Assembly: GCA_047495785.1 (NCBI GenBank)
Contig: JBLDXI010000021.1
Span: forward strand, 744,001 to 808,000
Direction of reading: 5' to 3'
Length of the DNA: 64,000 nt
Origin: Lepidodermella squamata
Taxonomy: Eukaryota; Animalia; Gastrotricha
How positions within the stretch are numbered: the first letter of the stretch is position 1; the number at the start of each line of letters is the position of its first letter. The notes under the pieces are model-generated. The model saw only the letters and a list, made by a program, of their open reading frames with translations, searched no databases and was not told where the DNA came from. Below are positions 25,102-38,684 of this stretch, in pieces. A program made the translations under genes and the position numbers.

Positions 25102-28100
25102 ATGGAGCGTTACTACAATGACGGCGATGAGAATAATGGAGAGAATGAATCTGATAGAATGTCGAGCCATAATGAGGACGAAGAGAACGGAAATGGTGGT
25201 GGCATGGGGAGTGAAAATGGCGAGGAAGAACACGAAAAGGAAGCCGGTGATGGCAGTTTCATTGTCAAAGTTCGAGGTCTTCCTTGGTCAGCAACTGCTG
25301 ATGAACTAATTGCATTTTTTGATGGTAATTTTCATCATTTTAATTCAAATTCCGATAAAAGTTATTTCCGATAAGATGCGAAAATTCAAAATGGAAAGGA
25401 TGGGATTCATTTCTTGCAGACGAGTCAAGGCCGGCCCTCTGGCGAAGCCTACGTCGAGTTTGAAAGTGAAGAGGACGTTCAGTTGGCTTTAAAGAAAGAC
25501 AAGCAATACATGGGAAAACGCTACGTTGAAGGTAAACAAATTTTAAGGAGGAATTTTTGAATATTAAAAACGCTTATCCACTTTTCCCCAACCAAACTAA
25601 TAGTTTACGAAGCTCGTGCCTCGGATATGAATCACGATTTGCGCCGAAATGCACCTCGCAGCGGATCTGATGCGGATAAATGTGTTGTGAAGCTTCGCGG
25701 CTTGCCGTTTTCGTGTACAAAAGATGAAATCTTCCAGTTTTTCTCAGGTTTGTTATTTCTGGACTGTCTCACGTTGCTAACTGATTCTCGGGCGTTGTTT
25801 TGTTGAATTGATAATGATTAATTTTTCACCCTTGGCAAACTACGGAAACGGGAGTTATAGCTGTGTTTGGGCTGTATTATTTCAGGGTTGGATATCGCCC
25901 CCAACGGAATTGTCCTCGTTCAGGACCCGAGTGGTAGAGCAACCGGGGAGGCTTTCGTGCGGTTTTCGAATCCAGAGGTGGCATCCAAGGCTATGGAGAA
26001 ACACAAAGAACGTATAGGGCACAGGTAGGGGCTCGTGGACATCATTTACCTTACGGTTAATCTCGCTCTAAAACACTTTCGATGTTTCATTTTTTACGTA
26101 TTTATCGACCTGCGTTTGATTATCATTATATGTGGCTATGAGTTAGTGTTAAAAAATTAATCGAACCTAGAGTGATGAAATTAGCGCACTAATATATTTG
26201 TGGCCGTTATTTAATTAAAACCATCGAGTGAGATATAAATGGTGGTGCCTCGAGGAGGAAAAGGCGGTCAAGTCAAGCTCAAGGTGAGGTAACCGGCAGG
26301 CGAGGAAGGCGGGCACAAATTGACACCATATTATACATCCGTTGGATGGTTATGTAGCTTTTGAGGCCAACGTGTTTTATTACAAAAATTACTTATATTC
26401 GATAAAACAAATTGTTCCGCACGCCTTATTGCCTTGTTTCGTTTTTTGCGCATATATACTTACATACATCATAGTCATTTGCTTTTGTGTGATTGCTACT
26501 AATAACTTATTAGCGCCGAAGATGAAATCACTGTGATTTTTTTGGCTATGATGAGGTTATTTTTTCCTCTTCTCTTGTATCACCCTTGATTATTTTTTCC
26601 TGTTGCACTGTTTTTTCTTGAAAATACGCGATAATTTTTTGCTATTATCGTTCGTTGTCACCATTGGTCCGACCCTTGTTTCTGAATGTTACCCACTTTT
26701 TGACGAATTAATTATGGTTATTTTTCGTCTGATCTGATACAGGTACGTGGAGATTTTCACGAGCAACATTCGTGAATTAGAAATCGCGACTGGCATGGCT
26801 CCTGCGCCTCCCTCGCTCTTCGCCCCGTCTCGAGGTCCGCCAGGTGGGCCTTACGGGCGTTACGATGGATACCCGCCCCCGCCCCCTCCTGGCCCGCCAG
26901 GTTACGGGTATGGCGGTCATCACGGCTATGGTCGTCCTACCCCGTACGATCGACCTCACGTCCCACCTCCGTACCATCGTTCCGGTGGTAGGATGAAGGG
27001 CGGCTATGGAGACGGTGGCTACGCGGAACATCGCCCATATGAGCCTTACGGTCCACCGCCGCCTCACCACCAACCACCCCACGGCTACAACCCCCACGGG
27101 TATGGCGGTGGCTACCCGCCGCAGCATCGCTATGACGGCTACGGGCACCCTCCACCGCCCGGAAATGCTGGCTATCCACCACCTCCGGGTGCCTACCCTC
27201 CAGGCGGGCCTCAGCATCCGCCGAATGCGGGTCATCGAGTTCGCATGCGCGGCTTGCCGTACTCGGCGACTCAACAAGACATCTACGAGTTTTTCCATCC
27301 AATGGTGCCTGCTAACGTTCATTTTATCTACCTGCCTAACGGAAAATTCAGCGGCGAAGTTGACGCTGAATTTCGCTCTCACGAAGAGGTAAGCCTTAAG
27401 CCTCTAATAAAATATGCACTTCAAGATACAAAATCGAAAAATATCGGAGAGGCTTTAAGATAAAAATCAGATTTTCCTGAAACTTTACTAACCAAAAACC
27501 TAAAAAAGCAGAGGATTCCGTCCCACTTGAGAGTTCTGAAAAAATCCTTAGTCGCCAAAATGTGATGGTATGCAGATAATAATGTAAGATAATGTAAGAT
27601 AATGTTTTACATTGATCTTGGGCAGGCGAGCAATTCAATTTCCTGGAAATACCCTCCGAAAAAATAGAAGGCAGTGCCTTATAATTCGGTATTTATCCAG
27701 GTAACCCAAGGTAATTAGGTTTCGCAGGTTGATTAATGATTGGCGAAATTTTATTAATTTTTGGATTTTATGGATTTATTTAATTGATGAAATCGAATTT
27801 CGAAATTTCGAATTTCGAATGCGGGCCTTTAACTTGTGACCAACCAGATTTTTGTCAAATAATTTCGTGCAACTTCAATAGTACTCTGCATCTTATTGTA
27901 TACTGTATACAGCATTTAAGGTGGATTTTTAAAACGCATTTATTTTATCTTTAGGCTACCGATGCGATGCGATTCGACCGGAAATATATCGGTTTGTTTC
28001 TGAAGCGCGATTATTTTATTGTTTATTCATGTTAATATCTTTCAACAGAAAAACGATATATCGAACTGTTCTTATTCTCAAGCCCGGCACCGTCTAGAGG

Positions 28101-28209
28101 TCCGCCAGGCGCCGAACGGGGCGCACCTCCGCCACCTCCCCTCGCACCTCACTCGGGCCGCTCGCCCAAGGGTAGCGGCGGCTATGCTGGTGGCTACCAA
28201 GCCTTCTGA
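25102..28209 (+). CDS. hnRNP F/H family protein (three qRRMs, G/Y/P-rich linker)
   Basis: Exons ~25102-25324, 25376-25531, 25604-25747, 25886-26024, 26743-27388, 27955-27991, 28049-28209. Motifs [62 protein letters not shown]. Confidence 0.93.
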
Positions 28210-28890
28210 TAACTCGACGAGCCTTTCACACGACAAACTTATTATTTTACGAAGAGTTGTATTTCAGCAGCAATCAACGCCTCGGCGATTTTCATAAGAT
28301 GTCCGTTATACGGTGTTGACTAGTAGAGTTGTTGCCTCTATAAAAAAAGAAAAGATGATGTGAATAAATGCCTGTGTGTGTGTGTGTGCGTGCGCGCTGT
28401 TAGCCCGCCGTCTATTGTCCCACTCGCGAATTTTATTCTCTGTTTGATGATTCTCGCGTATAAATATCGATCGGCGAACACGATGTAAATTCAACGTTTT
28501 TGTCTTGTGTAATTTTCAAGCCGCCCATCTGTTTAAATGCATCGCATATTACTACTACTACTACTGCTATAACTACTACACTAGTGGACGTCGCTTTTTC
28601 GTTGTCGGCGAGAAAATCGCGTATTTCACCTCATCGTTATTACACACAATATGTTGTTTATCTATGCGAAGAAATTATAGCGTCTCATGTAAGTGTAATA
28701 AAAAAACTCGAAAAGGGCGTTGAGAAGCTGGCAGTACTTTTTCAAGAACTCTCCACCTTATCCGTAATTTATTTATTGATTTTTTTCACATGTCAAATCA
28801 TAAGAAAGACCTGGAGAAAACTAGAAATTGCATTCCTCCGATTATAAATAATCGAAAATTTTAAACAACATTGATATGAAAGGCCAGGTT

Positions 28891-31113
28891 TTAAAGAGCT
28901 TCCCGGCTCGGTTTATTCGTGCTGTGTTTGTGAACGACTGCGAGGAAAACGAGCGAACTTAAGGCGGATAACAGAAAGATAACGTCGAACCACCGGTGAT
29001 AGAAGTTGAACTGCAGCTCGCCCAGTACGTCAGTAACTAAATAATGTTAAAAATAAACAACTGAGCCACACTTGAGCTAAGGGTGACAACGTACTAATAG
29101 CACGGTATTCGGCGGGCATGTTCATTCCTGTTGAAATTTGGAGTAAAAATATTAAAGAACTCGTCCAGGTTGTTTTCGCTTACGCATTAGCAGCACCAGA
29201 CTAACGAAGTACATGCCCATCAACTGCGCAAGTATGAGCACAATTATGGTATTCGACTTGGAGCTGGCGATAGCGTAGTAAAACTGCAGTCAAAACACCG
29301 CATTAATAATAGATGGTCAACGCATGGTATAGGTACCTTGGTAAGCTGGATCAACAAGCCTCTGACAGATGTGATTAGGATGATGCCCACTAGGAAAAAG
29401 GCAATATGCTGCGACCAAAACTTGACCTGTTCACAGCGGAGTTTTAAACTCATTCCTAGCATTATCGATTTATGAGGCTCACGTCAATTTCGAGGCGAAG
29501 CCAGTCGACGGCTATTATCAACCCACGCGTAATTGGATCAATTTTACCGACGCGATCAAACACGATGTTGATAGTGGACTGGAAAGAGACGAAAAAATGT
29601 ATACAGGACGATTGAAACTTCGAAGCCTTCAAACGTACGATGAAAATTTTCCAAATGCAATAAATCGAGAAAATGTGTCCCATGTAATGAAAATAGCGAC
29701 CTTCCCACGATCTAGAGTAGATTCGCCGGGCCCTTGTGGCGTACATATCAGCTAATTCAAAGCATAAATGACGGACAAATTCTTCCGAGGCGCGAATTTC
29801 CTCTTTCAGCAAAGCAGTATCTTAACGCAGAAATTTAATAAAATTTTCGAATATAATTCAAAATTTTTACTATCAGACGAAGAAACGCTGGTTGCAGCTG
29901 TTTTGAGGAAACCGTACAAACGCCCGGCAAATGAAGGCCGCTGAGGGGTTGCATAATTGCTGGAATTCACGTATAGGGCCGAATTATTGTCGCCCGAAGA
30001 CTGCAGGCCAGTTGTAGACCAAAACATCGAGCTAGCACTTCGACGGGTGGCCCGTGAGGCTGAGGCTTGTTGAACAGCATTGAAAACTATGCGCTTCTTT
30101 TTCGCAATTATCTGATCTTGAAGTAGCATTATTTTTCGCTCGAGTGAGTGGATGTCGAGATCTGTCACTGGTCTTGAAGTGACGTAATAACAACACGTGT
30201 TTTCAACCAGTTTTTTTTCTATAACTTACTTGATAAAATAGGTCATGCACCTGCGTAATGTTATGCGCATTTGTTTATACTAGGCAAATATTCACGGAAA
30301 TAGACGTACATGTATGGATAGTTTACAGCACCGAATCCTGACAGCAGAGCCATGACTGTGACGCCTGTGGTAATTCGGATTTGGAAGTCTCAGATTTCAG
30401 AGATTAAAATTAAGGAGTATACCTATGACGCCGATACGTCCCACACACTGCTCGAAAGATAGAACTCCTGAAAACGTAATTCTAATTCGTCTTAAATTTT
30501 TAATCAAGATTTTAACCGAAATAGCCGACTCGGGAAGCCATAATAGGAAATGGTTCTCCAACCCGCCAGAACAGGTAGAAAAACATTGCCCACGTGAAAG
30601 TTGTCAAAGCTGTTCGCCACTCAGTAGATTGAGGAACTTGATATGATAATAAGTCATTAGAAATTCTCAAAACATGAAATTTGAGAAAATTACGAAATTG
30701 TACTCCGGATATGATGAGATAGCACAGGTAGTACGGCAAAATGAGAACCAGCAATGCTAGCATGAAGTACAGCAAGAATTTCCAGAAAAAGTAACGAGAT
30801 CTGGATCACGATTTGAAATGAACTTATGCGCTAATCCTAATGATCAAGCACTTACCCTGGATCCAAAAAGTCAACAATTTCAAAAATGATGAGTTCAAAC
30901 ATGTTGCATGATAGTGCAAATGTGACAGAATACAGGACAAGTACGCCTCGCTGTGTGATTTCGAAATCGCGGAAAAACCGTCCAAGGAAAAACATCCAGC
31001 CAAATATGAAAAATGACACCTTAAAACATCAAATATTTAGCGAATCGTCATTGTAATATAGCGAAACGGACCTGCGAAACGATGATCACCATGGAGTCAA
31101 ACACAAATGTCAT
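28891..31113 (-). CDS. GPR89: Golgi pH regulator GPR89/GPHR
   Basis: About 13 short exons, including a ~21-nt microexon near 30231-30251. Motifs [101 protein letters not shown]. Confidence 0.93.
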
Positions 31114-31232
31114 TTTCAGCTTCAAATATTTGCAAACTTCTAGGGATCAATACACAAAAAAACAGGGTGGTAATTTCAAGCAATCGTCATTATTTATTTC
31201 AAAGTTGAAGACAATTCGCATTGATAAAAGCA

Positions 31233-31247
31233 ATATTATTATCAATA

Positions 31248-31279
<32 letters not shown>
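31233..31279. repeat. (ATT)n microsatellite
   Basis: About 10 consecutive ATT units plus degenerate flanking units. Confidence 0.85.
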
Positions 31280-33442
31280 GATAGGAACAACGGCTTTGCT
31301 GTGGGATTCAACTCGAAATGTACATTAATTTTCAATCTGCAATAAAGTCCACAAACAATGCAATCCCGGCGCGAACAAAAAACATGACAAAATCGTCTTT
31401 GAACAACTTGCGGAAATAACGGCAACATGACAAGTTGTTTCTACACACCCTTATGAAAGGCTAAAATATATATATTTATAGATCTTGGAACACATGTGTA
31501 GAACAAAACGTTAAGCCAACGGACTCAGTTCCAGTATCACCATGATGAATTTATTATCTTTTTTCTCATCGACGGCTATGCATGAAATCATAGGCGTTAT
31601 TTACGAGAGTTTTAGTATGAATTCTGCCAACGAAGCCTATTATTATTATTAATCAGGTTAACAGCGCGCCAAAATCCCGATTGAAGGTAAATAATAACAA
31701 AAATTAAGGGGAGAAACCATGAACTAAAAAACGAAAAACCATCTCTTTCAAAAAAATTTGAACCAACAGCAACAAAAAGGCATTCATAAGAATCGGACTT
31801 GGGTTGAAGAGAAGAATTTGGTACGGATAAATTCAACTAATTTACCTTGAAATCGTACAGGAGAACGTTGATGGGTAGTATAAGTTATTAAGATAAAGAT
31901 GAAATGTAACGATGAAACAAGGCGTGTTGTTACAACATTATACAATGTACAAAAATGGCGCGAATATAATCAATATTATCATCAATTCGATAGAAATCTT
32001 CTAATATTTTTTCCGAGGAAAAGACGACAACGACAGCTGTTGAATTTTAGTAGCATTCTATACATATAGATACACAAGAACGTGAAATTTCTCGCCAATT
32101 GAAAATATAATAATATTAATTGGGAACGAACCATCAAAGAATCAGTAAATAATAATAGTAATAATAACAATAGGTGCTGCAATTTTATGTAGCTGTATAA
32201 CTTTGCCTGACAATCATCAATAATAAGGTAGGTATTGTCGTCGTTTGAAAATGTCCATCATCATCATCATACCATGTGCACGTGCAAAAATGACATTCTT
32301 TGAAAGAGGATTAGTTATTATTGTAATTTCCCATCGCAATAAACGAATGAATGGGCGAAATACAGTAGTTCCTAGAAGCTGTTTGCGATTAACATTATAC
32401 ACAACTTGTGTTCGAAATCGTACTATAGCAGCTGAAATGGCGCAATAAATAGCAACTGCTGGCAGTCAATTCGCGTCAGATCGATTTTCGCATTTATGGT
32501 ACTCATCATATATGGTTATTTTTCGTGGCGAGAGATTTTCTCGTGTAGCTCTAGCTTCATCAACCAACACTAATTGAAAGCGATTAAGACATCTACTGTT
32601 TAGGTATTAAATTGAGAAAGGCGTTTTAGTGTTGTACATTTTCTTCAAAATTCCGCGATGATTATAGTAGGAAACCAGTTGAGACGATGATGAAAAAAAC
32701 ACGAATGAGAGAAAGGCTGCGAGTCTCACTACGGTCGTCACCTGAACTGAAGTTGACTAGTGAGCCGACCGTCTTCTAGTACAGTATAACCAAAAACAAC
32801 GAAAAACAATGTGTAAATTAATCATATTTCATCTTCAGAACAAGAAGACACATCAAACGAAGTTCTCAACAAAGTGCCGCCAGAGACGCGCAATAAGAAT
32901 GGAACCAACCAGCCATATCATCATCGACTTGAAGACGTTATAAGATAGATAGAGAGAGAGAAAGACAGTCCACAAAGAACTTTTGCTCATCGTCATCATC
33001 ATATTATTATTATTATCATCATCCTTGTATTATAGGCCTCGAATCGCAATTACCAACACCAACATGGTAATGCAGGTTCGCGATGCTACAACAATTATTA
33101 AGGTGGGTATTAAAGCCAAACAACGGGAAATAGTGTGCATTGTTCATCGTCATCTTGTCATTCGTCCTTATAATAAGCGCTACATCATCCCCTTACACTT
33201 GATATTAAGGCGGCTCATGATTTCTGGAAGCTACTGCTGTAAAGGGCTACTATATATATATTCAGGTATCGGTAGTTGTAAACGCGCGCGTTGGTGGTGG
33301 TAGTAACAACAACAATCGTAGTAACGAATAACAAATGAGAGAAAGAAGCGAGGGGGAGAATGAAGAATATGTGTACGTGTGTGCGTGTAGTATAAACCTG
33401 CATGCTACCACAACGACTTAAGTACTCGGAGTGAACCGCCTG

Positions 33443-36400
33443 CTAATGGTGATGTGACGGGGGCATCCCGGGATTTTGCAAGACAATGGGCTGTAAGAGC
33501 GGCGGTGGCGTCGGCACTGCAAAATGGTGGTGCGGCGAAAGACTTTGCAGCGACGTCGAGGTCGAGCCTGGCTCCGGGCCCAAGTTCCTGCAAAAAACAC
33601 CACAACCGCCTTAATTACAAGCCCTCGCCCGCGCACTCTCTCTGACTGGCTTACTTCGTCTTCGGCCGCAAGTACTCGTCGATCGATAACTGCATCACAT
33701 CGGGCCGTTCGTCCTTATTGTATAGAAGACAACGCCGAATGAAAGCCTAGAAACAACAAAAATAAAAAATTGAGAAAATTTGATTTGATCACGTTAACAA
33801 CTTTACAAGTCATCGTGATATTTTTTCTCAAAATTATGAAATAACAAAACATTACTAGAACTCGCACCAAAATTATAAAAGGCATGGTCACGGCTGTTAT
33901 TTTGATGTGACGATCCACAAATTAAGCATTATATATTCAATCCAGAGTGCTTTTTTATCCACGTGTGGATGAAATGCTCTGGTTCATCAAAAAATTAAAC
34001 TAGAAAATGACCATCTAATTGATTTGCCCTAATGGGATTTTTCCAATGTAAGAAACGAATGGAAATCTCACCTTAGCTTCACTGGTAACAGGAGGTTTGG
34101 CAGGGAAGTGGACCTCTTTTGCATTGAGAATGACTTTTTCCTCGAGAATCGACGCCTGGCTCATGTTGTGGCCGAAAGGCTTGCGACCGTACAGACACTG
34201 GTAGAAAATGACACCCACCGACCACACGTCGACCTTCGAGGAGATTTTCGGCGGCACCGATCCGGTGACGAAGCATTCCGGCGGCAGGTACCAGTAGGTG
34301 CCCGCGCCCTGAGAGGTGAGCTCCATCGCACCGTCCTGCACTTTGTCGTCCTCCATGATTTTACTGAGGCCGAAATCAGTCAGTTTGATCTCGCCGAACA
34401 GCGAGCTATTGCCCATCAGAATGTTGCCTGGCTTCAGGTCGTAGTGGATGACCGGAGGTTTGATGTCATTGAGATACTTTAGCGCAGAGACAACTTGCAC
34501 AATGATTGAGCGCGCCTCACGTTCCGGAAGTACTTTACTTTGCTTCAAATGGAAGTCGAGGTCGTTACCCTCGCAGTACTCCATAACGGTGCAGAAAGAA
34601 TTAGAGTCTATGTCGAACACGTCGAACAACCGAACGATGCGAGGGTGGTCCAAATTCTTGTGGATATTGAGCTCCCGGAACGCGTGGCGTATGTAGTTCG
34701 CCTTCTTCTCCTCCTTCCACTCTTTATTCAACTGGTGGATCTTACACGCGACGTATCGAATGTCTTGCAAGTCGAAAGCCTTGTGCACCTCGCTGAAGCC
34801 ACCTTTGCCGAGCAGATTTAATAATAGATATCTCCGATTCAAAATAGTGAAGGCGTTGTGACTATCGTAAAAAAAAACGCACAGCAAGTAATTATCGATT
34901 TTTTGATAAAAATCGCGTAAACATACGGAGAATTATCTTCATTCTGAATGCGCTTTATTTCACGAATGTGGAGATTGCGTTCGCGTTCGAGCTTTTCAAG
35001 TTCGAGCTGCAAATCTGTCTCCTCCTTCTTGAGCGCAGCTTGCCGCAGCCGCATTATTTCCTCCTGCTCGTGATAGTCGTAAATGTTTAGCCTAAAACGT
35101 AAATACAGCAGGTACATCATCATACGCATGTACTGTCGTGAATAACAAAACATACGGATCGACGATAGAGCTCTTCGGAGTTTTAGATGAGGTGCCCGGT
35201 GTTGTGAGGACGGCCGGTTTTCGTTTGAGAAGCGCACGCCGTTGCCGCTCGATTTCGTCCCGCTGTTCGCTGCAATGAGCTTGCCTTTTCGCGAGTTCTT
35301 TGAAAGCAACACCGTCCACCCAGGTTTCGACGTATTGAGACCCTTGCCGCTGCGTGATGAATTGACCGAGGCGATAACTGTTTTCCACCGATTGGTGACG
35401 AGCGTTTTTCCTTTCGAGGTCGCTTTTCTCTATGAGCAGCTTTTTTAGAAATTCGGCACATCGCTCCAGTTGTTCTTTCTGCTTCTCGTTTTGCCGGGTT
35501 GAACTCGCATTCTGAACTTTCATTTGCTCGCATTCCTAACAAATACACAATAGAGTTGTTGAACAAGCCACCAAACACACAAAAGGATATATTTTAGCGC
35601 CTTAATTGGCAGCTTTGTCATAAATTTGATGTAGCAACTGAAAAAATTGGAACCAGTCATTTAAATAGACTGGGCACAGAGTGCTAGTTGCTATAAAACT
35701 GAGTTTTTAAATATATTCTTACCCGGATCAATTGCTCGATCCGCGAATCTCGGGCACCAATGTCGCTGGCTGATTGCTGCACATTTCTATGCATTTCCAG
35801 CATTGTCAAATCCGTTTGCACCTCCCGACTGACAGAACGGCTTGATGACGAAGATGAGTAAGGACCAGACGAGGGGGTTGAACCAGATGACTATAAGGAA
35901 GAAAATCAACATTAATTCAACTGGAAATCCAAGACCCAGAAACAAACAACATAATGTACAGGAGACTGGGCGGTAGGTGTGCGGCCAGGGCTGGTTTGGC
36001 GAAAATAGTCGATAATTTTTTTGCCGCCGTCTTGCTTGCTGACTTTAGCCGCTCCAGAAACTATATGTATCAGATCAGTAAGTGAAGGAAACTGAATGTA
36101 ACAAGGAAACTTACGACAGTTGTTGTCATCACGAACTTTTCTCCGCCGACTCTTTGTTTCAGAGGACTGAGGAATACTATGTTTCGACTTTTCAGGGGTC
36201 TAAGCAGACATTAATCGTTAAGTAAGCAAAAAATCAAAACAAGAGCTCACTTGATTCAAACTCACGTCTGCCTCTCCAGGGCTAGACTCCGTATTTGTTA
36301 TACTGAAAGCACTCTGTTCCGAATTGTCCACCTCAGAACCGGGCCCATTTATAGGCATCACATTAGGCATAGAAAGAGAAAGATTTCGATTCGATTGCGC

Positions 36401-36783
36401 TAGATTTGGAACGAGGCTGTCGGTGGGAATTTGATCCGAACCGAGCACATAATGTGGAGGGATGACGATCGTTTGTATCGACTAAACCGGAAAACGAAAA
36501 TCATGCGTTATTAATCGGACGACCATAGCAAGGAGCAACTAACGTTCTCAGGATTTAACCTCCGTTCGAGGTTTTCGAATCGTCGAGGATCTCGAATGAG
36601 AAGTTGGTGGATTTCAGAATTGGTTACTAAAGTAAAAATGATACAGAAAACGTTGTAAGGTAACAGATATCATCAATGCTTACTCTGATGACCTGGTGAT
36701 CTACCTGGATGAGTTAGAGATTGCATTTGCTGTCCAGTACACGACATACTTCCACTAGTCGCAGAACCAGATGACGCTGACAT
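33443..36783 (-). CDS. TLK: Tousled-like serine/threonine kinase
   Basis: N-terminal [20 protein letters not shown], coiled coils [19 protein letters not shown]; kinase [42 protein letters not shown]. Ends at 33651 (unspliced) or 33443 (extra exon). Confidence 0.95.
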
Positions 36784-38324
36784 AAAGACGAGTGGAAGAT
36801 TCATCAACGCATTGTACGATCGCAATGGTTACACGCCCAAGGACATGCAGCGCGTTGCTTCCCAGCAAAATTGAATAATGAAAGATCTATAAATATAAGA
36901 TCAATTAGCAATCGATAGGTCATCGACAAAAATAGGAAAGAATCAGAGAAAAGGCAAAATGAAGCTAAACGATCTGCGAATAATACGGAGAAAAATTTCG
37001 ATGTATAAATAGCGAAGAAATTGTTGAGAACCACTACGAATGACCCAAGGATGCACTGAACACACTATACATACATCATCGTTCGCGAACCTCAGAAGAA
37101 CTTGTGCTCAACGAAAACTACAGCGAAACAAAAAAAGACAGCGAAAAACTCAAAACTCAAAACGAAAACTGCAAAGTCAAACGTAAAATCATATATTAAT
37201 ATTTTTAATAATTATTTTTGAGGATGATTGAATATTTATTAAAATAACATGAAGTACATAATTTGAATGAGCGCGCGCAATTTTGGGGACGCATTACCTT
37301 TCTGCCTATAAGGGAAAGGCATTTTAGTGTCAATGGCTAAACGATGCCATCGTCGGAATAGCGCCATGATTGCTTGCTGCGGGATTTTTCAAGACAGACC
37401 CAGAATAATTGACAATTGGGAGTTTACGCGATGTGATGGGTCATTTAATTATTTATTGCCTTTGTTTCGACGGGAAAAGCAAGAGATCAACAATCAAATC
37501 AAGGATGATGGTGGAATGAAATGAGCACTTGGCCGAGGAACATGCAAAGATTCATGGACATTATCAAATGAAATGGCATGATTTTCATGAATTCGCCGTC
37601 TGTTGATATATGATGACACATGCTTTTTAATTTGATGAAAACGTCAACAATGAGTGTACGCTTTTCCCCTTTGTAACTCGCCACTTGGAATAGAAGTAAC
37701 TGTAATATGCTACAGCGCTCTAAATCTAACCTTTCTTTAGTTGTAGCGGTAGACCCAGCTTTGACGAGGCGCTTCTGATGGCAGGAATTCCTCCTGGAAG
37801 ACAAGGTAATGTGCCCTCGGCCCCTGTTGCAGGCTACTGTTTTTCACTGCGACCACCCGTGGGATGTCATCGAGACGAGGTTGTAATGATTGGTCGCTCA
37901 ACACATTTTACTTACGCCCGCCGCATCGTGAGCGTGATCGAATGCTTGAAGCTAGGTATTACTCAAGTACGGAGTACTGAACTTTTCTTTTCAGTGACCT
38001 CGGCCCACCTCTTTTCGCTCCTTTCAGTATCGGGCATCGGCGAACGGCAAAAGAGTAAATGATGAGATTTAGAGGCACGTGGAGGCTTCTCAAAAACTTC
38101 AGAAAAACTTGCTTATTCACGTTTTTATTGTATTATTATAGAGGGTAAAAAATGCCTCACATACTAGCCAAAATATGAGAATACATGAAAATACAAGATA
38201 ATAAATAATGATAAATGCACGCTAACGTTGCTCATGAGATGATTTGGAAATGAAATGGAAATGAAATCGAAGCACATTCATCAATGTTGATAGTATCTGG
38301 TCCTTGGCCCAAAACTGTATTTAG

Positions 38325-38684
38325 CTATCGAATCATTCGCCAGATAGTTTGAATATGACGGGAATGAGCTATCGTCAAAGTAGCGCCCCCGATCAGCAGC
38401 GCGACAAGAAATACACCCGGTCCGCAATAGGCGAATTCCTCTAAGCGACCATTTCTCCACAGAATGAAGAGCTGGTCGGTTCGATTAACTCGCACCTGGC
38501 TTTGGCCCGAAATGATCTCTGCTCTCAAAGATGGACAGGGATACGCTAGATCTTCATCGTTGCGGGACACAGTCGTTACAGCTGATTGCTGAACTTGATG
38601 CACGGAAAAAGTTTCACCCCTTTCAATACGAATCGCAAATCTACGTGAAAGCGATTCCAAAATTCGATTGAGACAAGTCGTCAT
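38325..38684 (-). CDS. Hypothetical 119-aa protein with a C-terminal hydrophobic segment
   Basis: Single ORF with ATG 9 nt downstream of a TTTAG acceptor; C-terminal GVFLVALLIGGATLTIA; AT-rich flanks. Confidence 0.45.
   Translation of the reverse strand: MTTCLNRILESLSRRFAIRIERGETFSVHQVQQSAVTTVSRNDEDLAYPCPSLRAEIISGQSQVRVNRTDQLFILWRNGRLEEFAYCGPGVFLVALLIGGATLTIAHSRHIQTIWRMIR

Noticed and set aside
26777-27392. Long alternative-frame and antisense ORFs (201, 128, 121 aa)
   Set aside because: Shadows of the GC-rich G/Y/P-coding hnRNP exon.
27789-27822. GAA/TTC array resembling a heat-shock element
   Set aside because: The spacing does not fit repeated nGAAn units, and it lies in an intron with other repeat-like remnants.
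31082-31428. Poly-Ile ORFs on both strands
   Set aside because: Produced by the ATT microsatellite.
35579-35588. ATATCCTTT (U12-type AT-AC donor-like) on the minus strand in a TLK intron
   Set aside because: The flanking exons already join in phase through GT-AG; no matching U12 branch site or AC acceptor was found.
37738-38060. GC-richer block with a minus-strand peptide faintly like a chromodomain (HYLVFQEEF..SWV)
   Set aside because: Too degenerate, with no supporting ORF or motif; at most an unidentifiable TE relic.
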